Positions 34,202 through 43,633 are shown, counted from the stretch's first letter. The stretch is 64,000 nucleotides of DNA from an uncultured Chitinophaga sp. (GCA_964349045.1 CAYGFI010000008.1:1393-65392), one strand, 5' to 3'. Notes: a model not told the origin generated them from the sequence alone. Made by a program: numbers and translations.

Positions 34202-34471
34202 TTATTTGGTTGAATAAATTATTGGAGTTAAATAAATTCCTATTCTTATATTTAGAATTGTAACGTCAAAAAATAAACCAGCGCATACAAAGTGCTTAAT
34301 TTTTTTTTCTTTAACTTCAAGATGAAGTGTAGTTATAAATCCAGCCTCAAATTTCAGTTTAAACAGGCTATGCAATAAATATTTTCGTTCATAATCAATC
34401 TGGAAATAAATCTGATTTGATTTTTTCTGATTGGTTAAGGAAAGGTTTTGTTTTGTTATTTTAAACTTCAT
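34202..34471 (-). CDS. hypothetical protein
   Basis: 89-aa ORF in the packed array. Confidence 0.5.
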   Translation of the reverse strand: MKFKITKQNLSLTNQKKSNQIYFQIDYERKYLLHSLFKLKFEAGFITTLHLEVKEKKIKHFVCAGLFFDVTILNIRIGIYLTPIIYSTK

Positions 34472-34472
34472 A

Positions 34473-34826
34473 CTACCTACCTTTCGGGTATTTTAATTGT
34501 CCACAAAGTAAATTTAAAAAATATTCAGAGGCATTGTTTGCAATCGTATGAATATCTTCTTTTGACATTGTGGTTTTTCCAGTTTTCTTTTTGTGCTGGC
34601 CGTAACTATCCTTAAATGCCATCGCTATGTTATCATTCCAGGCGCGGCGGTAATCTTTATGTTTTTTCAGCTTGTAGATTAATAGCTCCACACAATTTCT
34701 GAGAGTAGTTTCTGCGGGCATTTCCTTTTTAGCGGCAGGCGAGTTTTTTCCCAATAACTGTTTTTGTTTAGAAATTTCTGATTTGGATTTTTCCTTAATT
34801 TCGGATGGTAGTTTTTTTGCTTTCAT
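34473..34826 (-). CDS. hypothetical protein
   Basis: 117-aa basic ORF in the packed array. Confidence 0.6.
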   Translation of the reverse strand: MKAKKLPSEIKEKSKSEISKQKQLLGKNSPAAKKEMPAETTLRNCVELLIYKLKKHKDYRRAWNDNIAMAFKDSYGQHKKKTGKTTMSKEDIHTIANNASEYFLNLLCGQLKYPKGR

Positions 34827-34828
34827 AG

Positions 34829-35581
34829 TTAATCATTTGGGTTTGGACTTTCTAACCTGGAAACTTTTCTTTGCAGCATTCCGTTATCTGCTTTTAATTT
34901 ATGGCACTCATTTTCTTTTCTCGAAAGTTTTGATTTTAAGTTTTCTATTTCCTTCAAAAGACCTCCGTTTTTTTCTATCTCAATTGCTTCAATCAATCTG
35001 CGGTTTTCGCTTAGTAACAAATCGTATTGCCTTTCTTCTTTCCGAAAATATTTATATTCAACTCTCATTTTTTCAAACTGGAAGTAAAATTTATCAACCA
35101 GCGTTTTCAAATATTTTTCTACGTTCTTTTGCTTATGAATAAACGGCGCGGGCTTTACTACTGTGCAATATCCTTTATGCATGTAAATAAGTCCGGCATA
35201 TTCCGGACATTCTTCTACGCTGATCATTTCCTTTGGGCAGCAATAAAAAAACCGATTAGGTGTAAGGTTTCTGACTTTAATGTATTTTATTGGCGTACAA
35301 TTGTCAACTTTTTTACCGGATTCATACGTATAAATTCCAGAAGGGCAGACAATTGTTTCTTTTGTCATTGCACTACTTAACCATTTATGCTTTTCATGCT
35401 TTTGAAAATCTGCTTTAAAATCTGACCTGCTTAATTTTACTTCTACCTCATAAATATATTTTTCATCTGGCGTAATACTAAAATAATCACATTCCCAGTT
35501 AAACACATAGCTGTTGAACAGTTTGTATTTATGCTTATCAAAGCGGCGTGAAATTGCATTATGTATTTCTTCCATACTCAT
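34829..35581 (-). CDS. PD-(D/E)xK nuclease-like protein with C-terminal coiled coil
   Basis: ECDYFSI ... YEVEVKLSRSDF fits a D...E-x-K nuclease core (MmcB-like pattern). Confidence 0.6.
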   Translation of the reverse strand: MSMEEIHNAISRRFDKHKYKLFNSYVFNWECDYFSITPDEKYIYEVEVKLSRSDFKADFQKHEKHKWLSSAMTKETIVCPSGIYTYESGKKVDNCTPIKYIKVRNLTPNRFFYCCPKEMISVEECPEYAGLIYMHKGYCTVVKPAPFIHKQKNVEKYLKTLVDKFYFQFEKMRVEYKYFRKEERQYDLLLSENRRLIEAIEIEKNGGLLKEIENLKSKLSRKENECHKLKADNGMLQRKVSRLESPNPND

Positions 35582-35582
35582 A

Positions 35583-35978
35583 TCAATGCCCCGGTTTTTC
35601 CCCTCTTTTTATTCCTTCTGCAAATCCTTTACCGCCGGGAGAATAGAATTTGATATCAGCCCGAATTTTCGCCGCAGCTTTTGTTCCTTCTACCAGGTCC
35701 TTTATTTCTTCAATGAATTGCGGCTTTATGGTGTAATCGTAACTCATTACGTCCGGCTTCTCTGTTCTGTATCTTAGAGTGGCATCAAAAATTATCTGGC
35801 TGAGTAACCAGGCAAAAACCTGCATTGGAATTTCTTCTATTTCCGCATCCGGGCAGACGTTGCGTAAAATGGCTTTATGATCGCTATTGTCGTAATCGTA
35901 CCTTACCTTAATATAATGCCCGTCAAGCATTGCTTTCAAGATTTCTTTTTGCCGTTGCCCGTGGATCTTTATTTTCAT
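35583..35978 (-). CDS. hypothetical protein
   Basis: 131-aa ORF in the packed array. Confidence 0.6.
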   Translation of the reverse strand: MKIKIHGQRQKEILKAMLDGHYIKVRYDYDNSDHKAILRNVCPDAEIEEIPMQVFAWLLSQIIFDATLRYRTEKPDVMSYDYTIKPQFIEEIKDLVEGTKAAAKIRADIKFYSPGGKGFAEGIKRGEKPGH

Positions 35979-36604
35979 AGTTTTATATTTACCTGATCAA
36001 GTGTCTTTTGAATTTTTGCCCGTTGCTTATCGCTGCACTTACTAAGCGACAAAAAATCTTCGCCCGCCGTTTTAAAATCTGCCAGCGTTAGTATTTTTTT
36101 CTTCGCAAAATTGTTATACCTGAAAATAATTTTTGCAACATCATAGGAAAAAGCATGAATAACCTCCCAATTTTCTGTTACCCGCTTTTGCCGTTTAAAC
36201 TTTGCAATATCTGTTCCGATTAACTGAAAGAATAAGTTCAGATCCTTTACCGTGTTAAAACCTTCCGGCCAGGGGAAATACTTTTTTTTCTCAGGTGAAT
36301 CAAAAATTATATAAACGGTTTTTCTCATGTTATATGCCATTCCTGCAATAAGAAACTGAAAATCTATTTGTGGGTTGATTAAAATTACTACATTCTGTTT
36401 TTTAATTTCTGATCTGTATAAGTTCCTGATAACGTTTAACGAATAATTTTCATGCATTTTAAGTTCGCACCAATCAACTGCAGACATTTTATAAATAGCC
36501 TCCTGAGTAACTTTAAACACACTGTTTTGCAGATCCTTATTACTCAGGTCTGGTATTATCATTATTCGCAGAATATTTGAAATCATAATTGTAGGCAGGA
36601 TCAA
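35975..36604 (-). CDS. hypothetical protein
   Basis: 209-aa ORF. The true start is probably downstream, since the first 65 nt overlap the preceding gene. Confidence 0.55.
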   Translation of the reverse strand: MILPTIMISNILRIMIIPDLSNKDLQNSVFKVTQEAIYKMSAVDWCELKMHENYSLNVIRNLYRSEIKKQNVVILINPQIDFQFLIAGMAYNMRKTVYIIFDSPEKKKYFPWPEGFNTVKDLNLFFQLIGTDIAKFKRQKRVTENWEVIHAFSYDVAKIIFRYNNFAKKKILTLADFKTAGEDFLSLSKCSDKQRAKIQKTLDQVNIKL

Positions 36605-37121
36605 TACAGGTTATTCTTGTTAGTTGCTCAGTACGGGTATTATCAGGTGTCATTTTGTTAAAAATTGGAGCGCCTAAAATTACCGATCGTAAAAGTTCTC
36701 TTATTGCGGTTGCTTCCTGGTAGTCGTTAAATTGTAAAGAAAACGGTCCCCCTACTGTTCTTTTTATAACAGAGCTGTGTGGGTTTTCTTTTGTTACTCC
36801 TTCCAGTTTATGCCGCTCGCTTTCAATGGAAATAATGTATTTCCTGTAAATGTGCCTGTGAAATTGTAATTCGAAATCTCCGGTCATATTCATTGCCTTT
36901 GACTCGTCCCTGAATTCCGTTTCTCCGGTTACATCGCCTGCAATATGAAGCTGGTCTTTATCCCAACCAACAGCTATATCGGTTTTTCCCTGGTTAGCAA
37001 TTAAAAAATAACCATCGCAACGAATATTTATGCCAATTAATTCTCTGCATTTTTGCGCCATTTGTTGCGCTTCCTCCGGATTAATGCTTTTTCCGGTGTG
37101 ATCTTTACCTGTTACTTTCAT
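36540..37121 (-). CDS. hypothetical protein
   Basis: 193-aa ORF in the packed array. Confidence 0.6.
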   Translation of the reverse strand: MKVTGKDHTGKSINPEEAQQMAQKCRELIGINIRCDGYFLIANQGKTDIAVGWDKDQLHIAGDVTGETEFRDESKAMNMTGDFELQFHRHIYRKYIISIESERHKLEGVTKENPHSSVIKRTVGGPFSLQFNDYQEATAIRELLRSVILGAPIFNKMTPDNTRTEQLTRITCIDPAYNYDFKYSANNDNTRPE

Positions 37122-37918
37122 GGTTTTTTTGGTGTGTCCTCGTATCTCAACGTGGGTGGATATTTATTTTCTGTTTTATCGTCTCCTATTTTTGAAGCTA
37201 ACTGCAGTTCATTGGCAATAATGGTCCCTAATTGTTTTACATAAACCGGGATGCCCATAAAAATACATTCTGCTACAATTGACTGAATCCATGGTAATTT
37301 GCAGATGCGCGGGTTAACGCCGTATTCCCCACCTATAAGAACCCATGAGAATGGGTTTACCGTTACGTCTCCGAGCTTGATAGATATATATTCCTCAATG
37401 GTAATTGGCTCTAAAAGTGGCTCAAAAACCACAAATCTACCATGGCAGGAAATTTCAAGTAGTTTAATGGCCCTGTAATGAAAAATGCTTTGGCGCTCCG
37501 CGCTTATTCCCAGGTAAACATTGGTGTAACCCTGCCCCCAATCTGCGGGTAAGCACTTTTCAATCCTTTCCGGATATTTTGTGCAGATGAACCACCTGTG
37601 CTGCGGGTTGTTTTTAATGGTAAGCCATGCATCCGTTCGCCATTGACTGTCTCCCTGTGGGGCGAAAAAATCGGAACGGTCATTTACCAATATGTTTTGC
37701 TGGTTTTTTAGGGTATATGGCTTCAGGTATTCTTGCTGGCTCCCTTTTTTGAAGTGTTGCGCGGGGGTAACTTCTGGCGCTTCCTGATTTAGATCAGGGA
37801 CGATATCAGGGTTTTCTTCTGTTATCCCTGCAAATTGTTCAATACATTCCCTGCACCCGCCGGAAACAGGTGCACAACCAGTCCAAAAATTTATATGAAG
37901 ATCCGCGTATGGTCTCAT
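37118..37918 (-). CDS. phage Gp37/Gp68-family (DUF5131-like) protein
   Basis: N-terminal INFWTGCAPVSGGCRECIE resembles the conserved NPWxGC..S.GCxxCYA start of that family. Confidence 0.75.
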   Translation of the reverse strand: MRPYADLHINFWTGCAPVSGGCRECIEQFAGITEENPDIVPDLNQEAPEVTPAQHFKKGSQQEYLKPYTLKNQQNILVNDRSDFFAPQGDSQWRTDAWLTIKNNPQHRWFICTKYPERIEKCLPADWGQGYTNVYLGISAERQSIFHYRAIKLLEISCHGRFVVFEPLLEPITIEEYISIKLGDVTVNPFSWVLIGGEYGVNPRICKLPWIQSIVAECIFMGIPVYVKQLGTIIANELQLASKIGDDKTENKYPPTLRYEDTPKKP

Positions 37919-37920
37919 AA

Positions 37921-38289
37921 TTACATTTTTACCCAGGTTTTAACTCCTTTTAATTCTCCTTCATAGGGAGAACCATTATAATAAAGGCGCTCTGCATCCC
38001 CAACGTCCAGCAATTCCCCTTTTATTTTTTCCTTTACAACCGCATGGATAGCAGGTACCCAACTAGATACTTTGTCAATAGTAACCAATTGAGGAAATAT
38101 AAGTTCTACTTTTAAAATAAGTTCCCTGTCTTTTGTTTTTTCTAAGATCAAATCTCCCGGAGCTAATTCATCAGCATAGGCGGTAGCATATTCAGCAAAG
38201 AGTGCTTTGCGCCGTTCTTCGATCTTAATTGCTTCTGCAGCGAGGCTATGCAGCTCGTTATTGATTTCGGTAATTTTTGGTGCGTTCAT
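37921..38289 (-). CDS. hypothetical protein
   Basis: 122-aa ORF in the packed array. Confidence 0.6.
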   Translation of the reverse strand: MNAPKITEINNELHSLAAEAIKIEERRKALFAEYATAYADELAPGDLILEKTKDRELILKVELIFPQLVTIDKVSSWVPAIHAVVKEKIKGELLDVGDAERLYYNGSPYEGELKGVKTWVKM

Positions 38290-38291
38290 AC

Positions 38292-38498
38292 TTATTTTTT
38301 TTGTTTACGGTTTAAATGATGTTTTAGAAATTCTTGTTTCATAAGCTCTGCATATTCTGCCGCCTGCTCGTCTGTAAGGTCTGCCACTGGTATTTTTCCA
38401 GCATTAAAATCAAGGCCGTGTTGCTTTGGGTGAGCTGGCATTTGAACCTGAATACTTTCTGGCATTACAGGCGGCACTATGTTAAATTTTATTTCCAT
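38292..38498 (-). CDS. hypothetical protein
   Basis: 68-aa ORF in the packed array. Confidence 0.5.
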   Translation of the reverse strand: MEIKFNIVPPVMPESIQVQMPAHPKQHGLDFNAGKIPVADLTDEQAAEYAELMKQEFLKHHLNRKQKK

Positions 38499-38731
38499 TA
38501 TTTTTCGTGTAAAGAAGTTGGTAATTCAAATTGGTTAAATTCTTCTAAGCATTTTTGTAAACCACAGGTGCAGGTTTTTCGTTTTTTTTCTATTTCTTGA
38601 TGGGCCAGATGCCAATTTTCGTCCTGATATTCTTTTGGCGTATCTGCCATTGCCTGCATTGCTTCATCCCAGTTTTGGCGTATCTGGCAAAAATACAAAT
38701 GTGTAAGGTATTTTTCAATTTTTAAACTCAT
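38498..38731 (-). CDS. hypothetical protein
   Basis: 77-aa ORF in the packed array. Confidence 0.5.
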   Translation of the reverse strand: MSLKIEKYLTHLYFCQIRQNWDEAMQAMADTPKEYQDENWHLAHQEIEKKRKTCTCGLQKCLEEFNQFELPTSLHEK

Positions 38732-38733
38732 TT

Positions 38734-39123
38734 TTATGCTTTTTCAGGTGTATTAAGTGCGGATGAATATTGATCTAAAATTGATCTTAAACCGTCTAAC
38801 TCTCCGGTTAACTTTGCTTCAAGTAATTTGAATCTTTTTATTTCACTCTCAATATTTTCTTTTGAACGGTAGGTTCTGGCATTTCTAAAAAACCCGGACA
38901 TAATACATTTTAGCGGTATGCGGGTTATTATTTTCTCTGCAGTCTCTTTGGAGATCGTTACTTTATAACATTCTTCCTCATTTATGACAACTTGTTGGTT
39001 CAGGCTATAACGGTCATTGTACTGGGAAATAAAAAAATTGTCGTTCCAACCTGCAGCCAGAAGATCAATGTTTATTTCGCAGGGCCCCGAATCGGGAGCG
39101 GGCGCAGCTAAAAATTCATCCAT
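38734..39123 (-). CDS. hypothetical protein
   Basis: 129-aa ORF in the packed array. Confidence 0.6.
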   Translation of the reverse strand: MDEFLAAPAPDSGPCEINIDLLAAGWNDNFFISQYNDRYSLNQQVVINEEECYKVTISKETAEKIITRIPLKCIMSGFFRNARTYRSKENIESEIKRFKLLEAKLTGELDGLRSILDQYSSALNTPEKA

Positions 39124-39161
39124 GGTTTTCGTAAAAAATTGGTTAAGTTTTATTCAAAAAT

Positions 39162-39476
39162 TTATTTATCGTGTATTTCAAGGCGGTGGTGTATGTTTTG
39201 CTGCATGGCCGTTATATCAACAATTTGCGCCCATTCTTGTAAAAATTCTGTTAATTTCTCACTTAAATTTACTTCATCTGCCATAATCAGTTCTCCTACG
39301 TCCGTTAAATCGCCAAAGAATTGATCGGCTTTTGTGAAAATATCGTTCAAATCCAAATACTGCAACTCAATAAAGTTTTTATCATTTGGATGGGCCATAA
39401 GAGCCATAAAAACAAACTGACCGATTATTTCTGCCACCAATGAAGGGCAAGCAACTATTGGAATTAATTTTCTCAT
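39162..39476 (-). CDS. hypothetical protein
   Basis: 104-aa ORF in the packed array. Confidence 0.55.
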   Translation of the reverse strand: MRKLIPIVACPSLVAEIIGQFVFMALMAHPNDKNFIELQYLDLNDIFTKADQFFGDLTDVGELIMADEVNLSEKLTEFLQEWAQIVDITAMQQNIHHRLEIHDK

Positions 39477-39477
39477 A

Positions 39478-39729
39478 CTATTTTGCTGAATTAGGTTTAT
39501 TTTCTTCTGGATCTTTTTCTACTCTCCATTTTGTGCCATTGACTTCATTATAAATATCAAGGAAGCCGCGCTCATAAAACGTTTTCCCACAAGTGCAGGC
39601 AATTTTTGCAACTAAGCCGGAAATATGATGGGTTTCCATTCTATGATTAGAACTTAAAGGTTTTAGCGCAGTATAATAAAGGCAGTGCCAATATCTCAGC
39701 CAATAAGCCCAAAGAATTTTTTTTCTCAT
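39478..39729 (-). CDS. hypothetical protein
   Basis: 83-aa ORF in the packed array. Confidence 0.5.
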   Translation of the reverse strand: MRKKILWAYWLRYWHCLYYTALKPLSSNHRMETHHISGLVAKIACTCGKTFYERGFLDIYNEVNGTKWRVEKDPEENKPNSAK

Positions 39730-40349
39730 TACTGAATTATAATTTGTTTCTTCTGATCAGCCGTTAATTCTCTCCACCCTTGAGATCCTTTCCAGGCAAA
39801 AGGAACTATTGGTATAACTTCGTCGTAAATGTGGCACCATAGCTGTTTTTTCTTTTCCTTTCCAAGCTCCCCGTTCTTTTTAAGTGGCGTAACGGTCCAT
39901 GGCTCCTTATATTTTACAAAGCAGGCGTTTTCATCGGTTTTCCGCATCGGTCTGCAGTCAACCAATTTACCAATAGCAATTGCATGCCCCGTTCTGTCTT
40001 TTATGTTAATGGGTTTTTCAAAAGTATCATAATATTTTTCCAGCACATCAATAATTCGTTGCTCCTGAAATACCCCGGAAATTTTATTTATCTGATCTAC
40101 TGAATATCCTGTTTTACTGGCACAAATTAAAACCCAGCCGCGATATTTGGTAGACCAGGTCCTTGTCTCAATTTTATCGAAAAGCATTAAATCTGCAAAT
40201 GGTTGTTTCCAGCTTAGGGCCCGGATAGATAGCTTTGAAAAATCATTTGTAAAAAACTCCGGATTATCTAACCCCAAATCAAAATACAACTGTCTGCCTT
40301 TTTTATCTGAAAGAAGTGGGATAAGTGGTATTTTTTTTTCTACGCTCAT
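39729..40349 (-). CDS. ASCH/PUA-like domain protein
   Basis: ALSWKQPFADLMLFDKIETRTWSTKYRGWVLICASK resembles the ASCH pattern (S.rQPWA.li..G.K.iE.R.W.t.yRG.llIHA). Confidence 0.6.
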   Translation of the reverse strand: MSVEKKIPLIPLLSDKKGRQLYFDLGLDNPEFFTNDFSKLSIRALSWKQPFADLMLFDKIETRTWSTKYRGWVLICASKTGYSVDQINKISGVFQEQRIIDVLEKYYDTFEKPINIKDRTGHAIAIGKLVDCRPMRKTDENACFVKYKEPWTVTPLKKNGELGKEKKKQLWCHIYDEVIPIVPFAWKGSQGWRELTADQKKQIIIQ

Positions 40350-40690
40350 TTTGTTTTCCTTGTTTTTTGAATATTTTTCCCGTCTACCCTTCTCTGTAAA
40401 ATAAAGGTCCTTTTACCACTGCAGAATTTACCCCATTGTTTTTCTCCAATCCTTTCCTTTAATTCCGAAGGTGTTACAAACCCATGCCAATTTTTAATAG
40501 GATCTTTTGCCTCATGCCACCAGTATAAAATCAAATATCCTTCTTCTTTAAACTTATACTGCTCATATTTGATTTTTTCTTCTGGCTTTAGTTTTTCAAG
40601 CTGAGAAAGCTCAATTTCATAAACAATATTCCGGATTGGCTTTTTGTTTCTTGGTAAACCACGATTTGCAAAATATTTATCGTCTGCCAT
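40346..40690 (-). CDS. hypothetical protein
   Basis: 114-aa ORF in the packed array. Confidence 0.55.
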   Translation of the reverse strand: MADDKYFANRGLPRNKKPIRNIVYEIELSQLEKLKPEEKIKYEQYKFKEEGYLILYWWHEAKDPIKNWHGFVTPSELKERIGEKQWGKFCSGKRTFILQRRVDGKNIQKTRKTK

Positions 40691-40783
40691 AATAAAGGGT
40701 TTTTTTTTGCTTCCTACGTTCCTTAATGGTTTGTTTTTATGCCCCCAGCCGTTTACTGGGGGCAGCTGTTACTATTGGAGTGG

Positions 40784-41410
40784 TTAATGATTATAGTTTT
40801 CTAAAAATTTCTTACCTGCATTCGAAATTACATAGCACTTCATTCCTTTATTATGCTTTGTGTCGTAATTCTTTTTTGAAGCGCGGATAAATTTCATTTT
40901 AAACAATTTGTTGAACTGAATTGTAGTTACCGGCTTGCTATCCAGTTTTTCAGTTACCTTTCTTTTAACTTTTTTATTCCAAAGAAGAAGGCAGGAACCT
41001 GTAGGATATTTTACAAGATCAACGTTCGGATATTTTTTATCGTCGTTCATTATCCTCAATATTTCAATCAGGTTTTTATCCCAGGGACGCTCCGTTGCTT
41101 TTTCGCTTTTATCGCGTAGCCTTCTAAAATTGAACAGCTCAGAATACTCAGGGTGCTCCTTTATGAAGATTCTGCTATACCTGGACGTGTACGCATCATT
41201 TATTTTGTAAACGTCTTTTGTTTTTACATCCAAACTGACCTCCCATCGCAACCAGCCAAGTAGCGTTTTAGAAGAAACCTTTTCGCGGCCTCTACGGATT
41301 GCCCGGAATATCTGTTCTTTGAACAAGAGGTAAACCTTTGGATTGTCCTTATGGAACTGCTTAAAAGCAGATTCTATTGATTTTTTATTAAACTCTGCGA
41401 ATGTTGCCAT
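40784..41410 (-). CDS. hypothetical protein
   Basis: 208-aa ORF. No reverse-transcriptase motifs, which matters for the adjacent RT remnant. Confidence 0.6.
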   Translation of the reverse strand: MATFAEFNKKSIESAFKQFHKDNPKVYLLFKEQIFRAIRRGREKVSSKTLLGWLRWEVSLDVKTKDVYKINDAYTSRYSRIFIKEHPEYSELFNFRRLRDKSEKATERPWDKNLIEILRIMNDDKKYPNVDLVKYPTGSCLLLWNKKVKRKVTEKLDSKPVTTIQFNKLFKMKFIRASKKNYDTKHNKGMKCYVISNAGKKFLENYNH

Positions 41411-41424
41411 CTTTTATGTAGGTT

Positions 41425-41652
41425 TTAAATTTTTACACTTTTTACTTCGCTTATCAGTAAACAGAATTTCCCATCTTCTTCGCCTTTATATGGAAATAGT
41501 CTTTTACCATCAGCACGTTTATACCATTGCATAGTACCATCTGGTTTACGAGGTTCCGTTTTAATAATTTGAGTGCCGTTGGGTAATTCTTTTAACCATG
41601 GGGAATTTTTTACAAAAAATTTGTAAGTATCATTATTAATCTCAGGTGCCAA
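41425..41652 (-). CDS. doubtful ORF downstream of the RT remnant
   Basis: The ORF-track start is a TTG codon, and the only internal Met leaves 35 aa. Confidence 0.25.
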   Translation of the reverse strand: MAPEINNDTYKFFVKNSPWLKELPNGTQIIKTEPRKPDGTMQWYKRADGKRLFPYKGEEDGKFCLLISEVKSVKI

Positions 41653-41966
41653 TACAGCCCCATCACATTGGTAAACATTTTCTCCAAATGAATCATTATC
41701 GCATGGTGTGCAATTCTATCAGGCCAGTAAGGGAGCATAGATACAATTCTTTCTTTAGGCTCCCTTACGATAAATGTTTTATACGCAGAAGTTTTGTAGG
41801 TTTTGTTTTTTAGCATTAATGAAAGCTGAAACAATTTGGGTTCCGGATCTTTATCGAACTCCAAAATACCAGGCTGGCCGCTCTTGTGCCTACGCGCATT
41901 TGTATCTGCCAGTTGCAAATTTTCAATGCTGTAGATTTTATGGTATGTGTCTCTCAATCTTTTCAT
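41610..41966 (-). pseudogene. DGR-type reverse transcriptase, N-terminal fragment only
   Basis: YSIENLQLA, FIVREPKERIVS and PDRIAHHAIMIHLEKMF match the first ~95 aa of DGR RTs (the Bordetella phage Brt pattern ENL..A / EPKxR / DRxxxHA). The frame then decays, and no YxDD-bearing ORF follows. Confidence 0.75.
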
Positions 41967-42088
41967 TTTGCCTTTGTAAAAAAGTCGCGGCCATTCCCTT
42001 AATGGGAACTACTAACGCCTTGATTAACTTATCGCTATTTTTTGCCTTGCTGGCAAGGTTTGTGTTACTATTTTTTTTATACAAAGAT

Positions 42089-42158
42089 GCGGCCTGACAT
42101 TCGTATTCGTATGATCGTAGTTCGTATTCGCATTGTCGAACCTGAACCCTGAGGGGCG
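42089..42158 (-). repeat. DGR template repeat (TR)
   Basis: 70 nt, non-coding, Asn-codon (AAT/AAC) rich. Differs from the three VRs almost only at its adenines. Confidence 0.85.
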
Positions 42159-42197
42159 AAGCCCTACCCACTATACGTAACACACAACCCCATTATT

Positions 42198-42611
42198 TTA
42201 AAGTACCATATCCTCGCATTCCTTACGGAAATGCTTAAATACGAAATGGCATTGCTCAGAGGTGCCCATTACAAGGCGCGGCCCGACAGCCGTATGCGTA
42301 AGATCGTAGCGCGTAAACGCAAAGCCGAACCCGAACCCCGAGGGGCGGGTTTTATCGGTTTTTAGCCAATACCAAAGGCTGTATTTATCCTGAGTATTGC
42401 CGGTTACAAAGGTTGGGACAAAACCCATAATCTTGTTTATTGCCTTTATAACCGTCATTAGCTTGTAACGGGCTACCAGGTCTTTTGCAAAATCCTTTTC
42501 CAGCCCCTTAACAATTGGGAGCTTTTTAGGATCTTTTTTGAGGAACTTGCATGCCAAAGCAAATGTTGTAAATTGCTTGTATGCATCCGGTGAAATTTGT
42601 TTTTTGCTCAT
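42198..42611 (-). CDS. DGR target protein 1
   Basis: 137 aa. Carries VR1, encoding PSGFGFGFAFTRYDLTHTAVGPR. No signal peptide or TM segment. Confidence 0.8.
   Translation of the reverse strand: MSKKQISPDAYKQFTTFALACKFLKKDPKKLPIVKGLEKDFAKDLVARYKLMTVIKAINKIMGFVPTFVTGNTQDKYSLWYWLKTDKTRPSGFGFGFAFTRYDLTHTAVGPRLVMGTSEQCHFVFKHFRKECEDMVL
42278..42347 (-). repeat. DGR variable repeat VR1
   Basis: 14 differences from the TR, all at TR adenines. Confidence 0.85.
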
Positions 42612-42642
42612 TTTGGTTGGTTTTGAATTAGTTGGTTTTAAA

Positions 42643-43038
42643 TTATTCGCTCAAAAATTCTATGTAAATTTTACTTAATTCAGGATGTTTGCAGAACCAT
42701 TCGCAAATTTCTTCATCCAAAAATTCAAGGCGCGGCCCGACAAACGTATACGTACGAACGTAGCCCGCATTCGCACCGTCGAACCCGAACCCCGAGGGGC
42801 CTTTTATAAACCACGGAAACCATTTTTCCTGCATACCGTTGTTATGGTCAACCTTTCCCTTGCCGCCATTAAACAGGCGGGTTGTAAGCGTTATCTTTTT
42901 AAACGCATTGTGAGAAATTTCGTCCGAATCCTTTGGGTCCGGATATGGCAAACATTTTACCGGATCAACACCACATGCAGCGGCTATATCCTCCCAGCTA
43001 TTAATGCTGGCTTTGAGTTTTTTTACTGATTCTGTCAT
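42643..43038 (-). CDS. DGR target protein 2
   Basis: 131 aa, paralog of target 3. Carries VR2, encoding PSGFGFDGANAGYVRTYTFVGPR. Confidence 0.8.
   Translation of the reverse strand: MTESVKKLKASINSWEDIAAACGVDPVKCLPYPDPKDSDEISHNAFKKITLTTRLFNGGKGKVDHNNGMQEKWFPWFIKGPSGFGFDGANAGYVRTYTFVGPRLEFLDEEICEWFCKHPELSKIYIEFLSE
42732..42800 (-). repeat. DGR variable repeat VR2
   Basis: 13 differences from the TR, all at TR adenines. Confidence 0.85.
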
Positions 43039-43079
43039 AGATTTTGGTTTTTTATATTGATAGTTAAATTGATTTATTT

Positions 43080-43625
43080 TTACTCGGAATAATACTGGTT
43101 ATACATTTCCTGAAAAAATGGTTTCTTCATAAGTGCAAGGAATATTTCTCTGTCCAAAAATTCAAGGCGCGGCCCGACATACGTATGCGTACGATCGTCG
43201 TACGTACTCGCAGCGCCGAACCCGAACCCCGAGGGGCCTTTCTTCATCCATGCCCAGGTTCTACGTTGTTGCGGGTTGCTATAATCTACTTTTCCACGAC
43301 CGCCGTTAAATAAGCGGCTGGTGTGTTGAATCTTCCAGCCGGCGTTACAGGAAATTTCATCTATGGTCTGTGGATTAGGAAAAGGCAGGCAATTAACCGG
43401 GTGTAAACTCTGTTCTGCAGCTACATCATCCCAGCTATTAATGCGGTCTATTAATTTAAGGGAGAAGAAATCTTTCCCGTAGTTTTCTTCCAAAACAGCT
43501 TTAAATTCAGCATCGGCGGTTGGGTAAAGTTTTCTGGCTAATGCATCAGAAATAGTAAGGGGCTTTTTTTCGGTGTTCATGCTTTTTTTGATTAGTTTAT
43601 AGATGATTTTTTCAAAGATATTCAT
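43080..43625 (-). CDS. DGR target protein 3
   Basis: 181 aa. Carries VR3, encoding PSGFGFGAASTYDDRTHTYVGPR. Confidence 0.8.
   Translation of the reverse strand: MNIFEKIIYKLIKKSMNTEKKPLTISDALARKLYPTADAEFKAVLEENYGKDFFSLKLIDRINSWDDVAAEQSLHPVNCLPFPNPQTIDEISCNAGWKIQHTSRLFNGGRGKVDYSNPQQRRTWAWMKKGPSGFGFGAASTYDDRTHTYVGPRLEFLDREIFLALMKKPFFQEMYNQYYSE
43169..43237 (-). repeat. DGR variable repeat VR3
   Basis: 12 differences from the TR: 11 at TR adenines and one at a T. Confidence 0.85.
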
Positions 43626-43633
43626 TTTAATAA

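Noticed and set aside
41938-42183. 81-aa ORF between the RT and target 1, considered as the DGR accessory protein (Avd)
   Set aside because: It overlaps the template repeat, so it is the TR read in another frame, and it also overlaps the RT start. It has no helical-bundle-like sequence character.
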